DNA of 64,000 nucleotides. It comes from Alphaproteobacteria bacterium (GTDB lineage: Bacteria; Pseudomonadota; Alphaproteobacteria; UBA828). The notes under the pieces were generated by a model. That model was not told the origin of the DNA. It did not search any database and saw only the letters and a list, made by a program, of their open reading frames with translations. A program made the translations under genes and the position numbers. Position 1 is the stretch's first letter. Each line of letters opens with the position of its first letter. The stretch lies in the NCBI GenBank assembly GCA_965221125.1, contig CBDCRW010000005.1, forward strand, positions 256,001 to 320,000. The letters run 5' to 3'. This document shows positions 54,945 to 64,000 of this stretch, one piece after another.

Positions 54945-56441
54945 TCAGCGCGCACGGGCCACCTCCAGCAGGCGGTCGAGGTCGAGATGGGCCTCGAGGT
55001 GGGCGGCGAGCGCGTCCAGGGTCTGTTCGACAAGCGCGTCGTAGGCGATGCCGGCGGTCTCCCGCCCGCGCAGCCGGGCGAGGAAGGCGCGGCGGAAACC
55101 GTCGGCGGCGAAGAGGCCGTGCAGGTAGCAGCCCATGACCCGGCCGTCGCGCGCGCGGGCACCGTCGGGGCCGCTTTCGAGGTCGATCAGCGGGCGCGCG
55201 GTGTCGGGCCCCGTGGTCTTTCCTAAGTGCATCTCGTAGCCCGCGACCGCCTCGCCGCCCTCGCACGCGTGTCCCCGCGCCCGGACGAGGCGCTTGCCCG
55301 CGCTCATCACGGTTTCGACGTGGAGCAGACCCAGGCCGGGCGTCTCTCCCGGCGGGCCTTCGATGCCGGCGGGGTCGGCGACGCGGCGGCCCAGCATCTG
55401 GTAGCCGCCGCAGAGACCCACCACCCAGCCGCCGCGGCGGACGTGCGCGGCGATGTCGAGGGCCCAGCCTTGGACGTGCAATGCCGCGAGGTCGCTGCGG
55501 GTGGCCTTGCTGCCCGGCAGCAGCACGAGGTCGGCGTCGCCCGGCAGGGCGCGGCCCGGCGGCACCAGCTCCAAGACCGTGTCGGGCTCGGCGCGGAGGG
55601 GGTCGAGGTCGTCGGTGTTCGAGATGCGGGGCAGGCGGGGCACGGCGATCTTGATCGCGCGGCCGGGGGCGGCCGCGGCGGCGACGGCGGGGGTCGAGTC
55701 CAGGCCGACGCTGTCCTCCGCCGGCAGCAGCCGGGCTGCCTCGAACCAGGGCACGAGACCGAGGTTAGCCCACCCGGTCTTCTCCTCGATGATCGCGTTG
55801 GCGCCGTCAAAGAGCGTGGCGTCGCCCCGGAACTTGTTGACGACGAAGCCCCTGGTGAGCGCGCGCTCGGCCGCCGGCAGCAGCGCCCAGGTGCCGACGA
55901 GGCTCGCGATCACGCCGCCGCGATCCACGTCGCCCACCAGCGCCACGGGGACGCCGGCCGCGAGCGCGAAGCCCATGTTGGCGATGTCGTTCTCCCGCAG
56001 GTTGACCTCGGCCGGGCTGCCCGCGCCTTCCACCAGGATCAGGTCGGCGCCCTGGCCGAGCCGCTCGAAACTCTCCAGCACGCGCGGCATGAGCCCGGCC
56101 TTGAGCGCGTGGTAGCCGCGCGCATCCGCCGTGCCGGTGACGGCGCCCTGCACCACCACCTGCGCGCCGTGCTCGCTCTCGGGCTTGAGCAGCACCGGGT
56201 TCATGTCGGCGTGGGGCTCGATGCCGGCGGCGCGGGCCTGCAGCGCCTGGGCGCGGCCGATCTCGCGCCCGTCGCCCGCGATGGCGGCGTTGTTGGACAT
56301 GTTCTGCGGCTTGAAGGGGCGCACGCTGAGCCCGCGCGCGGCATAGGCGCGGCAGAGGCTGGCCACCAGCAGCGACTTGCCGACGTTGGAGCCGGTGCCC
56401 TGAAGCATCAGGGCCGGCGGCTGGCGGGCGGCCATCGCCAT
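54945..56441 (-). CDS. cobQ: Cobyric acid synthase
   Basis: [57 protein letters not shown]. Confidence 0.96.
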   Translation of the reverse strand: MAMAARQPPALMLQGTGSNVGKSLLVASLCRAYAARGLSVRPFKPQNMSNNAAIAGDGREIGRAQALQARAAGIEPHADMNPVLLKPESEHGAQVVVQGAVTGTADARGYHALKAGLMPRVLESFERLGQGADLILVEGAGSPAEVNLRENDIANMGFALAAGVPVALVGDVDRGGVIASLVGTWALLPAAERALTRGFVVNKFRGDATLFDGANAIIEEKTGWANLGLVPWFEAARLLPAEDSVGLDSTPAVAAAAAPGRAIKIAVPRLPRISNTDDLDPLRAEPDTVLELVPPGRALPGDADLVLLPGSKATRSDLAALHVQGWALDIAAHVRRGGWVVGLCGGYQMLGRRVADPAGIEGPPGETPGLGLLHVETVMSAGKRLVRARGHACEGGEAVAGYEMHLGKTTGPDTARPLIDLESGPDGARARDGRVMGCYLHGLFAADGFRRAFLARLRGRETAGIAYDALVEQTLDALAAHLEAHLDLDRLLEVARAR

Positions 56442-57064
56442 CAGAACTCGATGCCCACCTGCGCCTTCACGCCGGCGCGGAAGGGATGCTTGATCTCGGT
56501 CATCTCGGTCACCAGGTCGGCCGCCTCGATGAGCGCGGGCTTGGCGTTGCGCCCGGTGACCACGACGTGCTGGCCCGCATCGCGCGCGGCGAGGCCGGCC
56601 AACACGTCGCCCAAGTCGAGGTAGTCGTAGCGCAGCACGATGTTGAGTTCGTCGAGGACCACGAGGCGATAGGAAGGATCGGCGAGGAATTCCTGCGCCG
56701 ATTCCCACGCCTTGCGGGCGGCGGCGATGTCGCGCTGGCGGTCCTGCGTGTCCCAGGTGAAGCCCTCGCCCATGACGCGGACCGTGACGAGGTCGGGGAA
56801 GCGCTCCAGCACGGCGCGCTCGCCGGTCGCCCACTTGCCCTTCACGAATTGCACGATGCCCACCTTCATGCCGTTGCCGATGGCGCGGGCGGCGAGGCCG
56901 AAGGCGGCGGTGGACTTGCCCTTGCCCTTGCCGGTGTGGACGATGAGCAGGCCCTTCTCGATGGTCTTGGTCGCCAGCATGCGCTCGCGCGCGGCCTTGC
57001 GCTTGCGCATCTTCTCGGCGTGGCGCCGGTCGAGCGCGGCCTCGGTCTCGGTCTCGCGTGCCAT
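56441..57064 (-). CDS. cobO: Cob(I)yrinic acid a,c-diamide adenosyltransferase
   Basis: [43 protein letters not shown]. Confidence 0.96.
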   Translation of the reverse strand: MARETETEAALDRRHAEKMRKRKAARERMLATKTIEKGLLIVHTGKGKGKSTAAFGLAARAIGNGMKVGIVQFVKGKWATGERAVLERFPDLVTVRVMGEGFTWDTQDRQRDIAAARKAWESAQEFLADPSYRLVVLDELNIVLRYDYLDLGDVLAGLAARDAGQHVVVTGRNAKPALIEAADLVTEMTEIKHPFRAGVKAQVGIEF

Positions 57065-60000
57065 CAGAGCGCCTCCTGCCTGCCGTCGCGGAGCGCTGCG
57101 AGGAGCGCGTGCGCGTGGTTCGCGCGCGGCCGCCAGAGGCTCCGTTCCTGCGCCTCCAGCAGCCGCGCGGCAAGCTCGCGCAGGGCCGCCGGGTTCGCGT
57201 CCGCCATGAACGCCCGCACGTCGTCGTCCGCCACGTAGGCATCGAACACGGCGTCGAAGTGGTGGTCCTTCACCGCGCCGGTGGTGGCGGCGAAGGCGAA
57301 GAGGTAGTCCACCGTCGCCGCGATCTCGAAGGCGCCCTTGTAGCCGTGGCGCATGACGCCGGCGATCCACTTCGGGTTGGTCACGCGGGCGCGGACCACG
57401 CGGCCGAGCTCGTCGGCAAGGGTGCGGATGCGGGGGTTGTCGGGCACCGAGTGGTCGTTGTGATAGAGCGCGGGCGCGCGGCCGGCGTGGACCGTGACCG
57501 CCGCCGCGAGTCCGCCCTCGAACTGGTAGTAGTCGTCGCTGTCCAAGAGGTCGTGCTCGCGGTTGTCCTGGTTCTGCACCACGGCCTCGACCGCGCCGAG
57601 GCGGCGCTCGAAGAGCGCGTGCTCGGCAGCGCCGCCTTCGCCCGCGCCATAGGCCCAGCCGCCCCAGGCGACGTAGGCGGCGGCGAAGTCGCCCGCATCG
57701 GCCCAGCCGCGCTCGTCGATCAATGCCTGCAGGCCGGCCCCGTAGGCGCCGGGCTTCGAGCCGAAGACCCGGTAGGAGGCCATGCGCCGCGCGCGGGTCT
57801 CGGAGGTGCCGTTGCCGGCGAGCGCCCGCGCGTCGGCGGCGACCTTGGCGGCCAGCGGGTTGTCGTCCGGGTCTTCGTCGAGCGCCGCGACCGCGCGCAC
57901 GGCGGAATCGAAGAGGTCGATCAGGCCGGGGAAAGCGTCGCGGAAGAAGCCGGAGACGCGGAGCGTCACGTCCACGCGCGGCCGATCGAGCAGGTCGAGC
58001 GGCATGATCTCGAAGCCGGTGACGCGCCCGGACGGCCCCTCCCAGCGCGGGCGGGCGCCGATGAGCGCCAAGGCCTGGGCGATGTCGTCCCCGCCCGTGC
58101 GCATGTTGGAGGTGCCCCAGGCGCTGAGCGCCATCGCGCGCGGCCAGTCGCCGTGGGTCTGGGCGTAGTGCTCCACCAGGAGCTGGGCCGAGGCCCAGCC
58201 GAGCTGCCACGCCGCGGCGGTCGGCACCTGGCGCGTGTCCACCGAGTAGAAGTTGCGGCCCGTGGGCAGCACGTCCGCGCGGCCCCGCGTGGGCGCGCCG
58301 GCGGCGCCCGGTGCGACGAAGCGGCCGTCGAGCGCCGCGAGCAGGCCGGCGGTCTCGGCGTCCGCGCTTGCGTCCAGCGCCGGGCCGATGGTCTCCGCCA
58401 CCTCGCGCAGCACGGCGGCGCTGGCGGCCCACTCGGCGGGCAGGCGATAGGTGCCGGCGATCAGGCTGGCGGCAAGGGTCTCCAGCCGCTCCACCGTGTC
58501 GCCGGTGCTGCGCCAGGCGGCACCGTTGGCGAGCGCTTGCGGCCGCGGGCCCTGCCAGGGCTCGCCGAGCGGGGCGGAGAGCGGGTCGATGCCGAGGGCG
58601 AGGTCGTCCGCCAGCGCGCGGAGCAGCGAGGCCTCGCCGGCAGCAGGGCCGCGCACGCTGCGGGCGATGGCGCGCAGCAGCGCGGTGCGGCGTTCCGGCG
58701 CGGGCGCCTCGCCGAAGACGTGGAGGCCGTCGCGGATCTGCATCTCCTTGATTTCGCAGAGATAGCCGTCGAGCTTGCGGAGCGCGTCGTCGCTGCCGTC
58801 GCCGGCCTGGATGCCGCAATCCTCATCCAGCCCGGTGGACGCGGCAAGCTCCAGGATGCGCGCCGAGAGCGGCGCGCAGCGGCGGGGGTCGACCGAAGCG
58901 GCGTCGAAGAACTCGTCCACGAGGCGCTCCAGCTCCTCCAGCGCGCCGTGGCTGCCGGCGCGCGTGAGCGGCGGCGTCAGGTGGTCGACGATGACGGCCG
59001 CGCCCCGGCGCTTGGCCTGGCTGCCCTCGCCGGGGTCGTTCACGATGAAGGGGTAGACGTGGGGAAGCGGGCCGAGCGCGGCCTCCGGAAAGCAGTCGGC
59101 GGAGAGCGCCAGCGCCTTGCCCGGCAGCCATTCCACGTTGCCGTGCTTGCCGACGTGCACCACCGCGTGGGCGTCGAAGGACGTGCGCAGCCAGGCGTAG
59201 AGGGCGAGGTAGCCGTGCGGCGGCGGCAGGTCGGGGTCGTGGTAGCTCCTCTCGGGGTCGATGTTGTAGCCGCGCGCCGGCTGGATCGCGACGGCGACGT
59301 TGCCGAAGCGCGTAGCGGAGAGCGCGAAGCAGCCTTCGTCCGCGCGATAGAAGGGGTCCGCCTCGGGGACTCCCCATCGTTCCGCGACGGTGGTGCGGAC
59401 CGCCTCCGGCAGCGCGGCGAAGAAGCGTTCGTAGGCGGCAAGCGGGAGCGTGGCCTCGGCCGGTTTCGTGCGGCTGTCGGCGGCGTTGGTGGGGCCCGCG
59501 GTGAGCCGCGCCATCAGCGCCGCGCTGTCAGTCGGCGGGTTCTCCACGCGGTAGCCGGCGTTAGCGAGGGCCGCCATGATGCGCGCCGTGCTCGCGGGCG
59601 TATCGAGGCCGACGCCGTTGCCGATGCGCCCGTCGCGGTTGGGGTAGTTGGCGAGCACCAGGGCGATGCGGCGCTCCGCCGGGGCCGCGCGGGCGAGGCG
59701 CACCCAAGCTGCGGCGAGGGCTGCGACGAAGCGGCAGCGCTCCGCGTTCGCCTCCGACACCACGATGGGCGCCTGCGTCGCCTCGTCGAAGCGCGCCTCG
59801 GTCTTGAACGCGACCGCGCGGGTGAGGATACGCCCGTCGACCTCGGGCAGCGCCACGTTCATGGCGATGTCGCGGGGCGACAGCCCGCGCGTGGCCTCCG
59901 CCCACTGGCGCGCAGTGGCGCCCGCAAAAACCGCCTGCAGCACGGGTACGCGGGCTTGCGCGAACGGGGTTTCTTGCGGCGTGCCGGGGCGGGAGACGGC

Positions 60001-60804
60001 GAAGCCCGTGGCGTTCAGCACGATTTCGGGGCCGGTGGTGCGCATGAGCGCCGCGATCAGCTCCGCCGCCGGCTTGTCTCTCAGGCTGGTGACGAAGACG
60101 GGGAGCGGATCGAGGCCCGCGTCCCTGAGCGCCGCCACTAGCGCATCCACGGGCGCGAGCGATCCGCCCTGCAACAGCGCGCGGTAGAAGACCACGCACG
60201 CGCGTGGTGCGCCGGCGCGCCAGTGGCGGGCCAGCGCCTCCAGGTCGAGCACGCCCGCGCCCGGCCAGTAGAGGCCCGCGCGGGGCACCGGGCGCGGCGG
60301 CTCGCACGCGCCGCCCCGCCCGATCAGCAGGGCGGCGTGGCGGAGCGCGTGCTCGGCATTGTCGATGCCGCCGTGGGTGCAGTAGCGCCAGAGCGTCTCT
60401 GCCGCGTCGGCTGCGAGCGTGCTGCGGGCAGCGAGTCCTGCGTCCGGCTTGTCGTCGCCCGGCAGCCAGGCGATGGGGATCGCGCGCGCGGCGCAGACGG
60501 CGCTCAGCCGCTCGACACCGTAGGGCCAGTAGCTCTCGCCGCCGAGCAGGCGCACGATCACGAGGCGCGCGCCGCCGACCACCCGTTCGGCATAGCGATC
60601 GACCGAATGGTTATGGCCGAGCTGCATGAGGTTCGCGAGGCGGAGCGTCGGCGCGCCCGCACCGAGGCGGCCTTGCGCCTGGGCGAAGCAGGCGAGCTCG
60701 GTATCGGCGGCCGACAGCAGCACGATGTCGCCCGGCGACTGGCCGAGGTCCACGGCCTCCGCGCCGTCCTCGATGGCGCCGGGCTGGGCTGCGAGCAGGT
60801 GCAA
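57064..60804 (-). CDS. cobN: Cobaltochelatase subunit CobN
   Basis: MHLLA..., [56 protein letters not shown]. Confidence 0.97.
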   Translation of the reverse strand: MHLLAAQPGAIEDGAEAVDLGQSPGDIVLLSAADTELACFAQAQGRLGAGAPTLRLANLMQLGHNHSVDRYAERVVGGARLVIVRLLGGESYWPYGVERLSAVCAARAIPIAWLPGDDKPDAGLAARSTLAADAAETLWRYCTHGGIDNAEHALRHAALLIGRGGACEPPRPVPRAGLYWPGAGVLDLEALARHWRAGAPRACVVFYRALLQGGSLAPVDALVAALRDAGLDPLPVFVTSLRDKPAAELIAALMRTTGPEIVLNATGFAVSRPGTPQETPFAQARVPVLQAVFAGATARQWAEATRGLSPRDIAMNVALPEVDGRILTRAVAFKTEARFDEATQAPIVVSEANAERCRFVAALAAAWVRLARAAPAERRIALVLANYPNRDGRIGNGVGLDTPASTARIMAALANAGYRVENPPTDSAALMARLTAGPTNAADSRTKPAEATLPLAAYERFFAALPEAVRTTVAERWGVPEADPFYRADEGCFALSATRFGNVAVAIQPARGYNIDPERSYHDPDLPPPHGYLALYAWLRTSFDAHAVVHVGKHGNVEWLPGKALALSADCFPEAALGPLPHVYPFIVNDPGEGSQAKRRGAAVIVDHLTPPLTRAGSHGALEELERLVDEFFDAASVDPRRCAPLSARILELAASTGLDEDCGIQAGDGSDDALRKLDGYLCEIKEMQIRDGLHVFGEAPAPERRTALLRAIARSVRGPAAGEASLLRALADDLALGIDPLSAPLGEPWQGPRPQALANGAAWRSTGDTVERLETLAASLIAGTYRLPAEWAASAAVLREVAETIGPALDASADAETAGLLAALDGRFVAPGAAGAPTRGRADVLPTGRNFYSVDTRQVPTAAAWQLGWASAQLLVEHYAQTHGDWPRAMALSAWGTSNMRTGGDDIAQALALIGARPRWEGPSGRVTGFEIMPLDLLDRPRVDVTLRVSGFFRDAFPGLIDLFDSAVRAVAALDEDPDDNPLAAKVAADARALAGNGTSETRARRMASYRVFGSKPGAYGAGLQALIDERGWADAGDFAAAYVAWGGWAYGAGEGGAAEHALFERRLGAVEAVVQNQDNREHDLLDSDDYYQFEGGLAAAVTVHAGRAPALYHNDHSVPDNPRIRTLADELGRVVRARVTNPKWIAGVMRHGYKGAFEIAATVDYLFAFAATTGAVKDHHFDAVFDAYVADDDVRAFMADANPAALRELAARLLEAQERSLWRPRANHAHALLAALRDGRQEAL

Positions 60805-60817
60805 GGCGCGGGCCTCC

Positions 60818-61852
60818 CTAGCCCCGGATCGCCGCTTCGACCGCCGCGCGGTCGAGGGGGGCCAGGCCGATCACCACGAGGCGGCTCTCCCGCGCCTCGC
60901 CCGCGCGCCAGTCGCGGTCAAAGTGGCGGTCGACGCGGCTGCCGACCGCCTGCACCACCAGCCGCCGGCGCTTGCCCGCCACGTCCAAGAAACCCTTGGC
61001 GCGGAGCACCCCGTGCGCGGCCGCGGCCCCGCTCAGCCGCTCCGCGAAGGCCGCCGGGTCGTCGACGGGCCCGGGCGCCATCACGAAGCTCTCGAACTCG
61101 TCGTGGTCGTGCTCTTCGTCGAGGCCGTCGTGGTGCGAGCGGCGGCTCGCGAGATCGTCCTCCGCCGCGGCGTCGAGGCCGAGCAGCAGGTCGGGCGGCA
61201 CGCGCCCGTGCGCCGCCCTGACGACGCGGGCGCCGGGGCGCAGGTGCGGCTCCATGCGGGCCGTGCCCTCCTGGGCGCCGTTCGCCGCCAGCAGGTCGGC
61301 CTTGTTGAGGATCACCATGTCGGCGCAGCCGATCTGGTCCTCGAACACCTCGGCGAGCGGGGATTCGTGGTCGAGCGCCTCGTCCGCCTCGCGCTGGGCC
61401 TGGAGCGCCTCTTCGTCCTCGGCGAAGCGGCCTTCCGCCAGCGCCGGGCCGTCCACCACGGCGACCACGCCGTCCACCGTCAGCCGGGTGCGGATCTCGG
61501 GCCAGTTGAAGGCGGCGACGAGCGGCTTCGGCAGCGCGAGGCCCGAGGTCTCGATCAGGATGTGCTCGGGCGCGGGCTCGCGGGCGAGCAGCGCCTCGAT
61601 CGCCGGCACGAAGTCGTCGGCCACGATGCAGCAGATGCAGCCGTTGGCGAGCTCGACGATATCGGCCTCGTCGCAGGCCGTATCGCCGCAGCCCTGCAGC
61701 ACCTCCCGGTCGATGCCGAGGTCGCCGAACTCGTTGATGATGAGCGCGATGCGCCTGCCGCCGGCTTCGCCCAGGGCGTGGCGGATGAGGCTGGTCTTGC
61801 CGGCGCCGAGGAAGCCGGTGATCACGGTCGCGGGGATTTTCTGGTCCTGCAT
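60818..61852 (-). CDS. cobW: Cobalamin biosynthesis GTPase CobW
   Basis: TGFLGAGKT, INEFG, NGCICC, ETSGLA, NKAD, HDHDEF. Confidence 0.96.
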   Translation of the reverse strand: MQDQKIPATVITGFLGAGKTSLIRHALGEAGGRRIALIINEFGDLGIDREVLQGCGDTACDEADIVELANGCICCIVADDFVPAIEALLAREPAPEHILIETSGLALPKPLVAAFNWPEIRTRLTVDGVVAVVDGPALAEGRFAEDEEALQAQREADEALDHESPLAEVFEDQIGCADMVILNKADLLAANGAQEGTARMEPHLRPGARVVRAAHGRVPPDLLLGLDAAAEDDLASRRSHHDGLDEEHDHDEFESFVMAPGPVDDPAAFAERLSGAAAAHGVLRAKGFLDVAGKRRRLVVQAVGSRVDRHFDRDWRAGEARESRLVVIGLAPLDRAAVEAAIRG

Positions 61853-61858
61853 CGTTCT

Positions 61859-62776
61859 TCACGTCTCCAGGCGGGCCCACCCGGTGCCCTCGTGGCCGAA
61901 GTCGAAGTGCGCCGGGTGGAGGATCTCGGCCAGGATTTCGGCGGACTCGACGAGCCGCGGCCCCGGCCGGTTGAAGTAGGCATTGCCGTCGGTGGCGTAG
62001 ATCTCGCCGGCGCGGACGGCGCGCAGTTCCGCCCAGGCCGTATCGGCGAGCAGCGCGCGGCCGTCGTCTGCGGTGCGGGGCAGGTCGTAGCCGCAGGGCA
62101 TGAGCACGATCACGTCGGGATCGGCCGCGGCCACCGCGTCCGCGCTGACGACCGGCGCATGGCGGCCCTCGGCGCCGAGCGTGTCGATGCCGCCCGCGAG
62201 CGCCACGATCTCCGGCACCCAGTTGCCGGCGCTCATGGGCGGGTCGGTCCACTCGACGGTGACGATGCGCTTCGGTGGAAGACTCCGCGCCCGCTCGGCG
62301 ATGACGGCGATGCGGGCGCGGAGGCCATCGCAGACCGGCCCCACATCGACGCCGAGGGCATCGCCCACGCGCGCGATGTCGCCCCAGACGTCGCCAAGGC
62401 GCATGGGCGCGAGGGAGACGATCTCCACCGGCGCCTCCAGGAATTCCGCCGCCGCCGCCCGCACCTCGCCGAGCCCCACCGCGCAGACGTCGCACTGGTC
62501 CTGCGTGACGATGTGGGTGGGCCGCGCTGCGCGCAGGATGTCGGTATCGAGGTCGTAGAGGCTGAGCGCTGCGGCGAGCAGCGCGCCCACCTCCTCGTGG
62601 ATCGCGCCGCTCGGCTTGCTCGCGTCGATGCGGGCGCGGGTGCACGCCGGCGCGCGGGCGACCTGCGCCGGCCAGTCGCACTCGTGGCTGCGGGCGACGA
62701 TGTTCTCCGCGTGGCCGAGGGCGGCGACGATCTCCGTCGCGCTCGGCACCAGCGAGGCGATGCGGGGCGCGCTCAC
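61859..62776 (-). CDS. BtuF/TroA-like binding protein with no signal peptide
   Basis: RIASLVPSATE, SHECDWP, TQDQCDVCAV, EWTDP..AGNWVPE, MPCG, YFNRPGPRL. GTG overlaps the cobU stop. Confidence 0.85.
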   Translation of the reverse strand: MSAPRIASLVPSATEIVAALGHAENIVARSHECDWPAQVARAPACTRARIDASKPSGAIHEEVGALLAAALSLYDLDTDILRAARPTHIVTQDQCDVCAVGLGEVRAAAAEFLEAPVEIVSLAPMRLGDVWGDIARVGDALGVDVGPVCDGLRARIAVIAERARSLPPKRIVTVEWTDPPMSAGNWVPEIVALAGGIDTLGAEGRHAPVVSADAVAAADPDVIVLMPCGYDLPRTADDGRALLADTAWAELRAVRAGEIYATDGNAYFNRPGPRLVESAEILAEILHPAHFDFGHEGTGWARLET

Positions 62777-63312
62777 GGCTTCAGCACGAGCGGCAGGCCG
62801 GACGCGACGAAAACGACGCGCCCGGCGGCCTGGGCCACGGCCTGGTTGAGGCGCCCGGCATGGTCGCGGAAGGCGCGCGCAGTGGCGTTCTCCGGCACGA
62901 TGCCGAGGCCGACCTCGTTGGCGACCAGCACCGTCCGCCCCTCCAGCCGGGCGAGGCAGGCGGTGAGGCGCTGGGTCTCGGCGGCGATGTCGCGGCCGGC
63001 GTCCATCAAGTTGCTGAGCCAGAGGGTGAGGCAATCGACCAGCAGGGCGGCGCCGGGGCGGCTCTCGGCCTCCAGCGTCTCGGCGAGCGCGAGCGGGGCT
63101 TCCACCGTGCGCCAGCCGGGGCCGCGCCGCGCGCGGTGGGCGGCGATGCGGGCTTCCATCTCGGCGTCGCGGGCTTCGGCGGTCGCGATGTAGAGCCGCG
63201 CGCCGGCGTGGCACGCCAGCAGCGCCTCCGCATGGGCGCTCTTGCCCGAGCGGGCGCCGCCGAGAACGAGGGTGATGCGCGCCGGATCCGGCGCCTGGTC
63301 GAGACCCGCCAT
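62773..63312 (-). CDS. cobU: Adenosylcobinamide kinase / cobinamide-phosphate guanylyltransferase (CobU/CobP)
   Basis: GGARSGKS, YIATA, RIAAHR, DCLTLWLSN, NEVGLG, FRD..G.LNQ. Confidence 0.96.
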   Translation of the reverse strand: MAGLDQAPDPARITLVLGGARSGKSAHAEALLACHAGARLYIATAEARDAEMEARIAAHRARRGPGWRTVEAPLALAETLEAESRPGAALLVDCLTLWLSNLMDAGRDIAAETQRLTACLARLEGRTVLVANEVGLGIVPENATARAFRDHAGRLNQAVAQAAGRVVFVASGLPLVLKP

Positions 63313-63341
63313 GATCCTCCCTCCGAGGACGTTGCAGCCCT

Positions 63342-63524
63342 GTCGCGCAGCCGGTCTCCTGGCTCGGGGTCGTCGACGGGGCCCGGCCTTCCCGACCCTT
63401 GCGGATCAGTGGCCTGCGCGGTGCGCGAACGGGCCCGTCTCGCCGCTTACAGTTGCGGGGGCAGCGCCGGACTGGCCCGTGCCTCGGCCGAGGCGGGCGT
63501 CACCGGCTTCCCACGCTGCGTGAC
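63342..63524 (-). ncRNA. Cobalamin riboswitch
   Basis: Minus strand reads GGGAAGCCGGTG...CCGGCGCTGCCCCCGCAACTGTAAG...GCCACTG...GGGAAGGC...GAGCCAGGAGACCGGC (B12 box). Upstream of cobU. Confidence 0.95.
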
Positions 63525-63684
63525 GGGGCCACGCTACCCCAGGCGGGCGCGAAACGCTACTGCGCGCGGGCCCGTCTCGGAAGGGTCATCGAACCGTCAC
63601 ACGAATGGGGCAGTCTTGGCGCCGTGTGGCGCAGGCTGCGTGCCCTCTGCGCGCGGCGTCCTGCCCAGGGCCACGGGGGAAGAC

Positions 63685-64000
63685 ATGGCCGACCGGGTCT
63701 ACAACGTCCTGTTTCTCTGCACCGGCAACTCTGCCCGCTCGATCCTGGGCGAGGCGATCCTGAACCGGGTGGGCCGGGGGCGCTTCAAGGCCTGCTCCGC
63801 CGGCTCGCGGCCTGCGGGCCGGGTGCACCCCTACACGCTCGACCTGCTCGCGACCCTGAACTACGGGACCGGGTGGGCGCGGTCCAAGAGCTGGGATGAG
63901 TTCGCGGGCCCGGACGCGGCGCACCTGGATTTCGTCTTCACGGTCTGCGACAACGCCGCCGCCGAGGTCTGCCCCGCCTGGCCGGGCCAGCCCATGAGCG
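63685..64000 (+). CDS. arsC: Arsenate reductase ArsC (LMW-PTP family), partial; runs off the window
   Basis: Manual translation MADRVYNVLFLCTGNSARS...SAGS...SKSWDEF...FTVCDNAAAEVCPAWPG. Confidence 0.92.
   Translation, partial: MADRVYNVLFLCTGNSARSILGEAILNRVGRGRFKACSAGSRPAGRVHPYTLDLLATLNYGTGWARSKSWDEFAGPDAAHLDFVFTVCDNAAAEVCPAWPGQPMS

Noticed and set aside
54945-58819. Apparent long N-terminal extensions or fusions of cobQ and cobO (also cobI, cobM and the BtuF-like gene) in the ORF track
   Set aside because: The upstream parts are alternate frames of the preceding genes. Real starts overlap the upstream stop codons.

Overview
Very GC-rich chromosomal window from an alphaproteobacterium, probably Rhodospirillales-like (inferred from the ubiB-ubiE-mutM-enoyl-CoA hydratase-rpsT-dnaA-dnaN-recF-gyrB synteny and from glpD/phaB/cobN-type genes). 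Positions 1-26 kb are accessory metabolism: amide hydrolases, a TPP-riboswitch thiZXY-type transporter whose ATPase is frameshifted in a (GC)5 run, oxidoreductases, glpD/glpK, a PHA cluster, and a Cys-rich unknown protein coupled to a glutamine-synthetase-like ligase. Positions 26.7-40 kb are core genes. Positions 40-43 kb hold an orphan kinase/aldolase-like pair and a DUF1989 gene. Positions 42.9-63.5 kb are a large mixed aerobic/anaerobic cobalamin cluster under a compact cobalamin riboswitch. The least explained signals are: (i) two families of multi-hairpin, TAGAGCG-ended intergenic repeats, with covarying stems, a nested insertion and a collapsed copy; (ii) a small ORF overlapping phaC by 188 bp in another frame; (iii) many apparently leaderless genes; (iv) a signal-peptide-less, Cys-rich BtuF-like protein and an SCO protein inside the cob operons. 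No CRISPR array, tRNA, rRNA, transposase or phage genes were seen. All calls come from reading motifs by eye; no searches were run.
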